The notes below the pieces were generated by a model. The model was not told the DNA's origin. It did not search any database and worked only from the letters and a program-made list of their open reading frames with translations. Position numbers and translations under genes: made by a program. DNA of 64,000 bases from Octopus bimaculoides (Eukaryota): positions 111,583,560 through 111,647,559 of the forward strand of contig NC_068986.1 of assembly GCF_001194135.2 (NCBI RefSeq), read 5' to 3'. Below, one piece after another: positions 25,286 through 38,228 of this stretch (position 1 is its first letter; each line of letters starts with the position of its first letter).

Positions 25286-27236
25286 TATGCTTTTTATTGT
25301 TGTCTAAGCCTTTTAACTAATCATGTTATTGTTTTTTATGTTATTTCCAGCAATCAATCATCTAGTTTTGTGAAAGTCCTTTATTTACCATTCCCGACGT
25401 CATTAATAATATGGCATCTGTACTCTAGGACTGCTTCTGGTCTTAATTTATACATAGCAAAAATATGTTATGCTCTTTTAGCTTACTACTAGGACCTTTA
25501 CAATACTATTTTATATGTATGATCAGATACGTGATATTCGATGAGTAGCTGAGGTTGATTTTCAAATAGAATCTAGTGTCTTTCATATATATAAGACGCG
25601 TTCACCAGTAAAAAAGGAAGCAAATATGTTAATTTCAACTTCTACGGTGGGAAAAGAAAAAAAGTGCTTAGTGTATGTGGACATCATAAAAATATATACG
25701 AGCCTAAGATTGATATACATGAGATCGGATGTGTATGGCTGTGAATTCTTAGTCCCTGAATTTATGGATTGGTAACGTATGATGGCTTCTCCAATCTCTT
25801 AATATGTGACAAAATTGATTATTTCTATAACTTCATCTGTTCTTTCGTATGAAATCAGTAGCTTGTTGATCCTCTGAAACAGAGATTGATGTTCCACGCT
25901 TACAGAATGAGTTACCTTGTGGGTTTGCTGTATCTACAAAAGGAATTGGTTTGAGTAAAGTATCATCTCTTAACGGTTGGTTAATTGAGTTCAGCATTAC
26001 TCTGGCAAATACTCATCTTTACAGGAGAAATATATTCGTCTTTACTTCATAGAAATGCATCTATTTCATAAATCCAGTCTTGCGTAGACGTTCGACCTGA
26101 GACAATCCATGGTCGATATATGTTTCTCAAAACGTTTTAAAAAGTGCCTTCCATCAATCTCACGTACACACGTGACTAACACTCTAACACCTAATCGATG
26201 ACAAGATACGTACAAAGAAAATATAGATCCCTTTACGTACATCCCTTTGTGATACTGAAGGCCTCAGGTGAAGATACATAAGTGATTAATTAACACATTA
26301 TTAGCATTTTCTAAGCATCACATTTAAAAAGACGCTCATATAATCAACATACATCTTATCGAAGCATTAAATCATTTTGTGAGTAATAGAACACTGTTTG
26401 ATAGATTAGGCCAAGCAATTATTTTCATGTAACGCGCAAAAACAAATAGATGTGTATATAACGTATATATATATATATGTTTGTGTGCATGTATGTACAT
26501 ATATATGTGCGTGTGTGTATGTATATATTTATATATATGCATGGACACACATATATATATATATATAAACACACACACACATACACAAACACACACACAT
26601 ATACGCACACAGACACATACATATATACAAAAGGAATTATATGGGTGCGATATATATATATGGTTCTTAAACCTGAAAAAGTATGTATATATATATGTAT
26701 ATATATATATATATATATATAAATTTAAGGAATGGAGTGAACGCATGTTATAACTGCATACTTTATTCCGACATATGTTTCGATGAATTTCCCAAATCAA
26801 CACTCTGAATTTTCCTTNNNNNNNNNNNNNNNNNNNNNNNNNNNNNNNNNNNNNNNNNNNNNNNNNNNNNNNNNNNNNNNNNNNNNNNNNNNNNNNNNNN
26901 NNNNNNNNNNNNNNNNNNNNNNNNNNNNNNNNNNNNNNNNNNNNNNNNNNNNNNNNNNNNNNNNNNNNNNNNNNNNNNNNNNNNNNNNNNNNNNNNNNNN
27001 NNNNNNNNNNNNNNNNNNNNNNNNNNNNNNNNNNNNNNNNNNNNNNNNNNNNNNNNNNNNNNNNNNNNNNNNNNNNNNNNNNNNNNNNNNNNNNNNNNNN
27101 NNNNNNNNNNNNNNNNNNNNNNNNNNNNNNNNNNNNNNNNNNNNNNNNNNNNNNNNNNNNNNNNNNNNNNNNNNNNNNNNNNNNNNNNNNNNNNNNNNNN
27201 NNNNNNNNNNNNNNNNNNNNNNNNNNNNNNNNNNNN

Positions 27237-27289
<53 letters not shown>

Positions 27290-28699
27290 CCAGAGAGAGT
27301 TCTATGTTTATGAATGAGAGTCATTGCATTATGAATATTAACAAGTTTGCTGTAATGCATGCAACATTTGCCAGATTCGTCTTCAATTATACACCACTAT
27401 CAATTATGTTAAATTTTATATTTTACATGTAGATTTCAGTAAATACACAAATACTTTTTTTCAAAACTCGTCGAACGGAATGCCTTGGGTGTTTTGTTTG
27501 AACTAAGTTTGTGAAGTAAAATAAATGGAGAGTAGATCTTTACGATCTACAAATTATAAAAGATTTCATAAATTATTGAAGCAACGAAGAAATATACTTC
27601 AGAATAGTCAATAAATAAGAAACTATGAGAAGTTTAAACTATCCAGGTTAACAGTTATTTCAACTTGTTTTTCGTAAAGAAATGTAGAAATGCTGAGTGT
27701 TTTGCATTTGGAATTTTAAATCGAAAATTATTATTATTTTCTTTTTACACACTGTAGATACATCATATGTATAAGTATCATTAACGATATATCATAGATA
27801 TGTATATTGATTTATGTTTTCTTATACTTGTTCAATGTTTCTATTTGAAATGAAAAAAGCCGAGAGTAAGATATGTTGCTATGAAAAAAATATTGAGTAA
27901 ATAAAAATGTTGTGCATGTGATAACATATTAAAATGTTTAGAAGCTATATGCAGATACCAACGCTTCAGTTTTATAACAATTTGTTTGACTTCTTGGAAA
28001 TGTCAAACAATCTTGCAATTTTATGATTTGTGTAAAAAAATAAATATATTTAGAAATGAAAAAAAATTAAACACCTAATAACAGTAAAAACAAACAAAAC
28101 CAAAAATACGAGATGTTAATTTTGAAACTGGAAGGTGAATTCAGTTGAAGAATTACACGGTAAAAGTTTGTAACATTCTTTGCTAACCTCATTAGCATTC
28201 AGTAACAGAGATTTGGAAATCCCAGTTTTGTAACAGGTGAAACATTATCGATATGACGCAGAAAAGTGTATTAAATAACATGACATCGAATACGGGTTAT
28301 GTATGTCTTTACTTTGACCATTCATTCTTTAACATCAGAGTAGATTTTTCTTTCAAATTTGAAATTATTTGTTTCTATTAGAAACATTGTTAACATCATT
28401 TCAATAACCTAAAAATAGAAATATATGCAGAAGCATATTTACAAGCATATTTTGTAAGGACGAATAAAATATTACCACCATTTGTCTAATTGTTGACTTA
28501 TACGTCACCCTAGTAGTAGAATTATTTGATTTGGAAAATATTTTGTTACATGGGTAGTTAAACATGAATTAGATTCTTTCAGTCTTAAGATTACTAGTAA
28601 TATAAAGACTGGAAGAGACGGGCCACCTTCACTGCTTTCAAGCGACACACCGATTACCGACTTCATTTCAACGGAAAACAGTATAGGTATCCAATGTGA

Positions 28700-28860
28700 A
28701 GTCGGTGTAGCCCACCGGGCTAATGACATTTTCACCCGTCTTTATGTTCTGTGCCTTTCATTCGAGGTCATCAAGAGAAGTACCAGTTGAGAACTGAGGC
28801 CAATATAATCGACTTTACCCCCTACTACAAATTTGCTGGTTGTGTGCCAAAATGTTATAA
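28700..28860 (+). mobile_element. Decayed SINE
   Basis: gcctttcattcgaggtcatcaagagaagtaccagttgagaactgaggccaatataatcgacttta is the sense version of the 52381-52583 copy. Confidence 0.6.
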
Positions 28861-29820
28861 CAATATTAGCATATAATATAGTCAATGATAGGCAGATCTC
28901 AATGATTGAACGCATATATCGAGCATTGTTTCCCATGGTTGCTGTCCAAAGAATAAATAACATATACAATAACGCACACATAGAAACCGAGGAAGAAAAA
29001 AAGTGGAAGGTGAAAGGAAAAAAAAATAATCATGAATTTAGTACACACAAAGACACACACACATACTCTCTCTTTCTCTTTCTCTCTCTCTCTCTCTCTN
29101 NNNNNNNNNNNNNNNNNNNNNNNNNNNNNNNNNNNNNNNNNNNNNNNNNNNNNNNNNNNNNNNNNNNNNNNNNNNNNNNNNNNNNNNNNNNNNNNNNNNN
29201 NNNNNNNNNNNNNNNNNNNNNNNNNNNNNNNNNNNNNNNNNNNNNNNNNNNNNNNNNNNNNNNNNNNNNNNNNNNNNNNNNNNNNNNNNNNNNNNNNNNN
29301 NNNNNNNNNNNNNNNNNNNNNNNNNNNNNNNNNNNNNNNNNNNNNNNNNNNNNNNNNNNNNNNNNNNNNNNNNNNNNNNNNNNNNNNNNNNNNNNNNNNN
29401 NNNNNNNNNNNNNNNNNNNNNNNNNNNNNNNNNNNNNNNNNNNNNNNNNNNNNNNNNNNNNNNNNNNNNNNNNNNNNNNNNNNNNNNNNNNNNNNNNNNN
29501 NNNNNNNNNNNNNNNNNNNNNNNNNNNNNNNNNNNNNNNNNNNNNNNNNNNNNNNNNNNNNNNNNNNNNNNNNNNNNNNNNNNNNNNNNNNNNNNNNNNN
29601 NNNNNNNNNNNNNNNNNNNNNNNNNNNNNNNNNNCAATGCGTTATATTCAACTGCAGGAAAAAGCTGAAGGAACAAATATGGAGAGATCACGGTAATGTC
29701 ATTTTCGCAGTAAAAAAAAAATATATTAGTAGTTTTTACTTCTAAGATAAATTACGTGTAATTCTGAACGTATACTTTCTAAAATGGAAAAAATCAGGAT
29801 TTGTTTTAGTGAACCACCAC

Positions 29821-29961
29821 TCTCTCTCTCACACTCTCTCTCTATTTCTCTCTATCTCTCCTCTCTCTCTCTCTCTCTCTGTATCTCTCTCTCTCTTTAT
29901 CTCTCTCTCTCTCTTTATCTCTCTCTCTCTCTTTATCTCTCTCTCTCTTTATCTCTCTCTT
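29821..29961. repeat. (TC)n with a higher-order 18-bp unit (ctctttatctctctctct)
   Basis: The ctctttat interruption recurs at a regular interval. Confidence 0.9.
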
Positions 29962-30844
29962 TCATTCGTCTTCAGTTTTGGAAAAATCGCATCTAAGCAA
30001 CAAATACAAAATAATACAAAGACGCATATGTATGTGTATTTGTGTTTGTGTGTGTGCTAATGCATATACACGCGTGTCTGTACACGCACACACACATAGA
30101 CAATACTTATATATATATATATATATATATATGTACGCATATAAACTTAATGGTTTTTGTGTCTTAATTTAAACATAGATAAACAAAGAAACATGCACGC
30201 TCACTTTCTTACATTTATACGTCAACATATTTTCTCGCAGTGTCCTCTCACCATAAATAAATTGAAATAAAATTTCCTTTAGCACACACGTATATCTCAC
30301 TTCTATATGTTGTATAAAAAGTAAGTCTTAGTACCTAGGAAATAACCCTCATAAATATCTTAAAGTAACAATTTCAAGTGAGAAGGTACCTCTATAAATG
30401 ATATTAATGAACTACAGAAAAAGACATTGCATCCAACGACATTTCTATACAAATCTGCATTCGAAAGAGCGTCCCGTGCCGAAATCACTAGTATAAAGCT
30501 CGTAAAAATCACTTTAGACTGTTTAAATATAGCACATGCATTCCTTGAAATGCAGAAGAATTTTCGACACTACATCGCTGTCATGATACAAGACTGGCGT
30601 AATAATATGTATACAAATATTCTGTAGTAGTTCTGATATTAATCTTAATGATAGGCAAACTTTATCAGAGAGTAAATACATGCATTGCAAAATATTAAGA
30701 AAGTACTATATTAAACATGAAAAGGTACTACATTTACAATATAGAATACATAGGACCACGAGAAGGAAAATATTTAAATTGATTGAAACTACAACTGGGA
30801 TATGATATCATATTTGAATATATTCAACAGTTCATATGTACCCG

Positions 30845-31565
30845 ATTGAGGAATACGATGAAGATGACAGACTGAACTGATAACCTTGGTTTTGCTGATG
30901 ATATTGTCTTCATCATTTGAAATGCTTAAAACTTACAACGACTTGCATCAGGAGTAGATCAAAATGAGGGAAATCTTGGTTTGAGGACAAGCAGCGTCAT
31001 CAGGAACGATGACTGTATTGAGACTGATAACAATCCTGGAATTAGCAAAGCTGTTCCAGAGAATGTGAAATATCTGGTCTTCAAACACCATCACTTAACA
31101 CATAAAAATACAGCTCTATGATAGCATAGTTCTTCCGACGGTTCTGTATGCAAATGAGACTTAAAATATCACCGTGAAAATAAGGAGAAGGCTGGATGTG
31201 TCCCGTCAAAAATGCTCGAGAACAATTCAGAAAAATTGCTGTCAAGATCACGTAACCTATGAAGACGTTCTAAACGTGGCCAACGCAGGACCACATAGGG
31301 AAATCGTTATAAATGAATGCTGAAACTAGAAGATCGTGTAGTTCGGTTACCTGAACAATACCATTCAACAACAACTTCTAAATGGACATTACCATAAGGG
31401 AAAGGCAAAAAACGGGCAAACCGAAAACTAGACGTACAGAACATTCATAACTGGCATTAAAAGGTCCAATATCGCATGGGCAGATGTAGTGATAACTAGC
31501 ACAGCAAATAGAAGCCAAGAAGGGTCAGCCTGCTACCAATATACTCAAGAGCAGAGGCGGAACTG
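30845..31565 (+). mobile_element. 5'-truncated decayed RTE LINE (RT C-terminal part)
   Basis: FADD at 30891-30902; downstream IWSSNTIT*HIKIQLYDSIVLPTVLYANET*...RRRLDV; ends in a (TG)n tail. Confidence 0.8.
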
Positions 31566-32374
31566 ATGTTTGTGTGTGTGTGTGTGTGTGTATGTGTGTG
31601 TATGACTTATAGCCATGTATGTATGACATATATATATCAATTTATTAGAATATTATCAAACTCAATTTCACCTAAAATTTTTCCTGTGCCCAATTAAACC
31701 AATTTGAGAAGCTAAATTAAATTAGATTAAATTTCCATATCGAATATCGTTAATTGGGTTTTTCATCAGGGGAAGAATTTTATAAAAAGGAGATACATTC
31801 TGATGTGTTGTTTAACTCTTGATAGACTAAGATGTCTGTGTTTGAGCAAACAGTATATTTAAGAATCCGTTTCTTATTTATATGTAACTGAAAACTTGTT
31901 TAATGCATTTATGCGCGCGTGTGTGTAATGTGTTGACAAAAAGAAAAACAAAATATCCATCGGTTAGCTTGAACGATATTTCGGAAGGACTACTTTAAAC
32001 TAAAAGCTTAAAAAACATTATTCCTAAATGACATTATTACTTAGATAGATCGCAATGTCAGTAAATTATTTACTCATTTAAGAAATATAATCATAAATCA
32101 CCCAGTTTCAATATAGAAATTATAATTAAATAATAAATTATCATAATTATATGTATATATATATATTTTAAACTACAGTTGCGTCTATGAAATATTTTCA
32201 TTACGTAATTGTGCGTGTCTGTGAGTTGATGTGTTGAAAGGTGCTAGACAATGACGAATGAAAACTGTTTCCTAATTACCATAGCCGACATCCTTTTAAG
32301 AGGATTTGGTTTCTTGATTTAGTTATATATACATTTAATTAATAATAATATGTATATGTATATAATCATATTAA

Positions 32375-32646
32375 GGGAGGTGCATGGGCGAATACGGCCT
32401 CCAGCAAGCTTGAAGTGTTGATACCTTCAAAAAATTACAAAAAATCTCCAGATAAATATATACCACGTCTGAAAGCTGACGAGTGAAAGAATATTAAAAA
32501 GATCTCACGTGAATTGTGAATTGGCTCCAATTTCTGGATGAAAGCCAAAAAAAAAAAAAAGAACGCTTTCTTCCTTCGTCAATACAATACATGGGGAAAT
32601 ATATATCCAATTCAAAACGAAAGTGAGATGTGACAAAGCTGGTCCT
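32375..32646. mobile_element. Candidate TTAA-flanked Kolobok-like MITE
   Basis: TTAA-GGGAGGTGC at left and (rc) TTAA-AGGACCAGC at right; weak TIR. Confidence 0.3.
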
Positions 32647-32689
32647 TTAAAATACGTGTACGGGAAGAAAGAGTGAGAGAAAGTTGTGG

Positions 32690-32840
32690 TGGACGAATAC
32701 AGCAGGGTTCGCCACCACACCCTGCCGGAACATCGTGGAGATTTAGGTGTTTTCGTTCAATAAACACTTACTACAACCAGTCTTGGAATCGAAACCGCTA
32801 TCCCACGACCGCTGCCCTAAGCACTAGGTCATTGCGCCTA
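32690..32840 (-). mobile_element. Decayed tRNA-derived SINE
   Basis: ggaatcgaaacc (antisense B box GGTTTCGATTCC) followed by ccctaagcactaggtcattgcgcc (antisense A-box region). Confidence 0.55.
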
Positions 32841-33238
32841 ACAATATGACATCTAAGCTATCTTATACTAAACATACTGTAAAAATGGTGTACTAATTAT
32901 TTTGTGTTCGAAATACTCAAATATCTTCAATAAGCAAAGACTGTCAACTGTTTAACTGCGTTATGGTTCTGAAAATAACTTATAAAAGATTGATTAGGGT
33001 AATAATTAATAAAGGTAATAATAATGGTTGATAAAGGAAATTTGGTTAATTCCATCAGATAATGATTCTAGAATGAAATGACAATGGAACTTTTTATCAA
33101 GATTTACGATATTATTCGGAAAAAAGAAAACATATTAGATAACGGTGTGCTATTACTCTAAGAAATCAGATATTTTAAATAAAATTCTAATAAATATTTT
33201 TTAGAAAGAATACTGATATGTAATATTGTTATAATGAC

Positions 33239-33239
<1 letters not shown>

Positions 33240-33269
<30 letters not shown>

Positions 33270-33345
33270 CTTCTTCTTCTTCTTCTTCTTCTTCTTCTTC
33301 TTCTTCTTCTTCTTCTTCTTCTTCTTCTTCTTCTTCTTCTTCTTC
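33240..33345. repeat. (CTT)n microsatellite abutting a gap
   Basis: Directly visible; explains the poly-R/K/E/L ORFs. Confidence 0.98.
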
Positions 33346-34813
33346 NNNNNNNNNNNNNNNNNNNNNNNNNNNNNNNNNNNNNNNNNNNNNNNNNNNNNNN
33401 NNNNNNNNNNNNNNNNNNNNNNNNNNNNNNNNNNNNNNNNNNNNNNNNNNNNNNNNNNNNNNNNNNNNNNNNNNNNNNNNNNNNNNNNNNNNNNNNNNNN
33501 NNNNNNNNNNNNNNNNNNNNNNNNNNNNNNNNNNNNNNNNNNNNNNNNNNNNNNNNNNNNNNNNNNNNNNNNNNNNNNNNNNNNNNNNNNNNNNNNNNNN
33601 NNNNNNNNNNNNNNNNNNNNNNNNNNNNNNNNNNNNNNNNNNNNNNNNNNNNNNNNNNNNNNNNNNNNNNNNNNTATATATATATATTTGTAATAAATAG
33701 ATAGATAGATACATACATACATACATAGACAGATAGATGGATATACGTAGAAACATGCATACGTTGGCGAAGATCTCTATAGTCGCACGTGCATTCACCC
33801 TAAATATATACTTTTTACTCGCATATTTTCGTCTCCTGAGAACTAGAAAAAGAGTTCCCATGTGATCTCATTTTGGACAATATTTCCTATTGATACAATG
33901 CTGAAAGTGTGAACTTACAATTATCTGCAGCACATATATGGAATATAGTGCGCGCATATATGTCTGGAGATGTAGATAATTGTCGGTTACATGTGTGTGT
34001 ATGCGTGTATGCGTGAATGCACGTATGTATGTACATATATATATGTATATCTATATATGCTTCTCTGTCTCTCTGTTTGTATGTCTATCTATGTGGGTGT
34101 ATGTAAGTATGTATGTATGTATGTTTACACACATTAATTCAGAAATACACTTCACGATAATTACCAGGCATACGTACGCAAGATTTGACACAATTAATGA
34201 GTCGTTTTCTCTAAGTGCCAGGCACTTCGAATCAGTTAATTAGATATCATTTTGGTTCCGCGTCGTTATTACTTCGGAAGAAAAATCAGAATTGATGCTC
34301 TCAGCATTCTTGTTTATCAGAAAAACCAATATGTACTCTTCGCTGTATTCTTCAAAAATGACATCTTCTATGAAATATTTTCTCTACAAGCATCGTTTGA
34401 TTATTCAGCATTCTTTAAATCATTTGAAGGTAGATATGTATAACATGAATTAGAACACTGTTTATATAGATGATTGACGGCCGTACATAATATATTAGTC
34501 ATGAGTTAAAATTTCGACCAATCTGGAATCTTACCTTGAAGAAAAATGAAAATATTACGAATGCTGAATGTATTTGCGTGTAACACGTTATTCACGTATA
34601 TAATTAGAAAGAGACCCAAGTACACGTGTGCTTGCGTATAATATACAATTTTCGAAGTAGAATAGTCAAATTGCTTTCCACAGTATATCTATACCACTGG
34701 CATCTTTTATTCTGCCTTAACCGCTAGATTTTCGATAGGAAGTCGGTATATATCCTGTTTCCGCCTCCTCTTTCACTATGTTTGTGTNNNNNNNNNNNNN
34801 NNNNNNNNNNNNN

Positions 34814-34847
<34 letters not shown>

Positions 34848-35129
34848 CGTATATATTTGTGTATATGTGTGTGGTCGCGCGCGCGCGCGTACCAATAAAT
34901 ATATATTCTTAAGTATTAATTGTGGGTATAACCATAATAATAACCGCAGAATACGAGAACCTAGTAAAACAGTAAATATAAAAAGGACGAAAATGGAAAG
35001 AAAAAATACATAACACTAAGGAAAATAGATATAAGACAAAACCCATGAAACAATGGCCAACGGTAGAAAGAAGGGCACCGTTAAATGCTCATAAAAATAA
35101 AGATAATAAAGCCGTACAAGCAGAGGAAA

Positions 35130-35930
35130 AAACAATACAATAACAAACCCATGTGACATATTAAACGAAATCCAAAATATAGTGATGAAATTATTTGTTT
35201 TAAGAAAATTTTCATTTCACACATAAAATTCAAAAATAGGTCAGGATTTCTTCGCAGCATTAGATACGTACTTCCCAAGATCTTCCAAACATCACAAAGC
35301 CATCAAGAGTCATTATGGAAAATTAACATACGCGACCTCTCACAATCTAGGATATCATATATACTAACTAAATAATAGAAAACTAAATAGAATAAAACTG
35401 GAATACAAAGCGACAGCTGTAAATAAAATTGTATACGACGATGGAATATTTGCAGATAAGGGTAAAAATAAAGCTCACCAAAAAAAAAACAAAAAAAAAC
35501 AGCCAAACAACACCACACAACTGACGATCCAATCCATACATAAGAAGAATGAGTACACGATTACAGGAGGAATAGGGCAGTAGTAACTCCGCTGGGAGAA
35601 AAAAATATGTATCATATGTAACTGCAGACGTAAAGAGGAATGCAAATTTAACAACTGCATGATAAAGAGTGTAGTTTACAAACGTGATGTGAAGGCAGGT
35701 ACACAGATATACATGTATATTACCGACACCGAGGGCACCATGAGAAATCGTCTGCGTAACCATTAAACTTCAAATCTCAGTAACATTTTCCTCCAGTTTT
35801 TCTGAAATAAATAAATGAGAAAATCGGATTTAACGTGGAAAATTGTTTGAATATAATAGACTTGAAACTTTTGGCATAATTCTTAAATTTCACAATATGT
35901 AACTGCAGCAGGAGATACCCTACAAAGTAG
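35130..35930 (+). mobile_element. Penelope-like element relic: linker, Cys knuckle and GIY-YIG endonuclease
   Basis: NPKYS...KIGQDFFAALDTYFPRSSKHHKAIKSHYGKLTYAT; CNCRRKEECKFNNCMIKSVVYK...YMYITDTEGTMRNRLRNH* (35617-35766). Confidence 0.8.
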
Positions 35931-36304
35931 GGAGACAGACACTTATAGGGCGTCACACACACACACACACNNNNNNNNNNACACACACACACACACACAC
36001 ACAAACACACACGCAAACATACACACACACTCACCCACACACTGAAACACATCTGCATTTAGAAATGTACACACAGGTAATCAGAATTTTAAAATGCTGT
36101 ATAGTAGACATATGTATGCATGTACGCATGTATGCATATATATGTATATATGTGCACCTATGTATGTGTGTGTGAGTGTTTCTTTGCAATAGAAAGCAGA
36201 AAAGTCACCTATCCCCTCTCTCCTATGTATTCCTCGCATCCACATTTCTTTCCCTTCCTCGACGTTTTAACTGTTACTTATGCATATCTGCATGTGTGTG
36301 TGGA

Positions 36305-36341
<37 letters not shown>

Positions 36342-37594
36342 GTGTGCGTATCTGTGTTAGCGTGTATCTATGTATTTACAAAAGTATGTATGCAGCGTCG
36401 CGTGTATATCCTTGAAAGACAGCTGTATTAACGTTACTGCCCCACTGCTACTCCATATCTCGTTTACAGAGCGCTGTTCTCCCCTATTCTGATATCATCC
36501 ACACTCACTAATCCACTGCATTCCTCTCACACTACTGTTCTTACACACTTTTTGTTTATCAAACAACATGCCAACACCACTAGGGCGTCCACTATAGAGT
36601 TTTATTGAACTGTAGTTAGCTTATAATTGAACTGGATATAAATTTAACATGTATGCAATGTGTCGTCAAGATTAGTTCACTGGATAGACAGCAAGATGGT
36701 AATAGACAGATCGACAGAGACAAATTGCCTTTTATATCTAAGATGTATATATACATACGAACATACATGCATACCAGATGCGTGTGTGTATACGCTTAGG
36801 AAATAAGGAAGTGTATCCACGGAGTAAACTATATGAAACTCTCACGTAACTACGAAGATACTATAAGGAGCCTCTTGGTCGTGCTCAATCATGTATCGCG
36901 AAATTCTTGCACACATCCTTTCCGGTGCCGGGTCTGGATTGTGGGAACAATAGCTGCAAAAAATATAGCATAAAATTTGGCACGGTCACGGCTCGAACCC
37001 TTAAATGTAATACCAGCATATGGCGTCAAAAATATTTTTTAAAGAATTCTGCCTTAATAGAAACCTGGGTGCGATTCCGCTGTAGATTTTCACGCCGTTT
37101 TAGTCATGGCTACAGAATGAAAACTAATTTAATCTTAATCAACAGGACCCACAAAGGTTAATCAAAACGTGGAACGAATTATGATTTTAGTATCGTAGTA
37201 TTATATACACGATATCACTTCTCGATTAACTTGACACGTGCAAAATTATGAAAATCAATGAAGTAATTGTTAAAAATAATCAGATGTATTTTCATATTTC
37301 ATGGTTCACTGAGCTGCATCAACGTATGTGAATTGAAAATTAAAGTCAAATTTGCACATAGCTTTATGAATGAATGAATGTATATATATATATATGTTCG
37401 TATGTATGCATTTTTCATTTCTCCTGTCAGTGTATGGGGGGAATGCATTTTTAATTTCCCATATATTCACTACAAAACCACAAACTTATATTCATATGTA
37501 AAATATGAGTACGACATCAGACGCATATGCTCATATGTATATATTTTATATACATAGTGAGGCTCATTCCTAAGGTGGACCCTCCAATTAGTGG

Positions 37595-37736
37595 CCAACG
37601 CCTGTTCTTACACTGTTAGCCTTGTGCTCCTAGTATCAATTTTTCTGTGTTCTTTTTATGGCCATTCCCACCTATGTTTCCCAGCAACTGCTCTTGTGGC
37701 TGCATGTCCCTTGTTGCATAATGCATCTTCATATCC

Positions 37737-37738
<2 letters not shown>
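37595..37738 (-). mobile_element. R4/Dong-like LINE fragment C (post-RT region)
   Basis: KMH...KKNTEKLILGAQ resembles MHGQ...LKKETEGLI.AAQ. Confidence 0.5.
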
Positions 37739-37739
<1 letters not shown>

Positions 37740-37786
<47 letters not shown>

Positions 37787-38222
37787 GCCTTTTCACAGCT
37801 TCTACCGGTGGAGATGAAGTACGGTGTCAGCTGTTCACTACCAGTGAACTAAAGTAACACCCCTTTTTTTCGAGCTCCGTCCGGAGTATTCGAGCGGTTT
37901 CAAGCATTGCTGTTTTCTGCAAATGCTCCTCCCTTATTGCAGCTCCTATTTCTTCCAAGTACTTCTCTAAATTTTTACTCACTGTACCCAGGGTTCCGAC
38001 AATTATTGTTACGATTACCACCTGTTTTAGAGACGGCAGCTGCTTAACCTCCCAAGCTAACCTGTCATGTCAATCGAGTTTTATTTCTTCCTTATCGCAT
38101 AACTTTTTGTCAGCTGGGCATGCGATATTTATGATTCAGCATCGTTTGCTTTCTTTCTCAGTTAACACTGGTCTGGTTTCCAAGTCTATATTTCATGGTC
38201 GCACTGAATCATAAAATCTCAT
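37740..38222 (-). mobile_element. R4/Dong-like LINE fragment B: REL endonuclease, 3' UTR and (AAT)n tail
   Basis: DFMIQCDHEI...KPD...IACPADKK...VVIVTIIVGTLGTVSKNLEKYLEEIG...LQKTAMLETARILR; (TAT)n tail at 37740-37787. Confidence 0.85.
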
Positions 38223-38228
38223 GGGATT

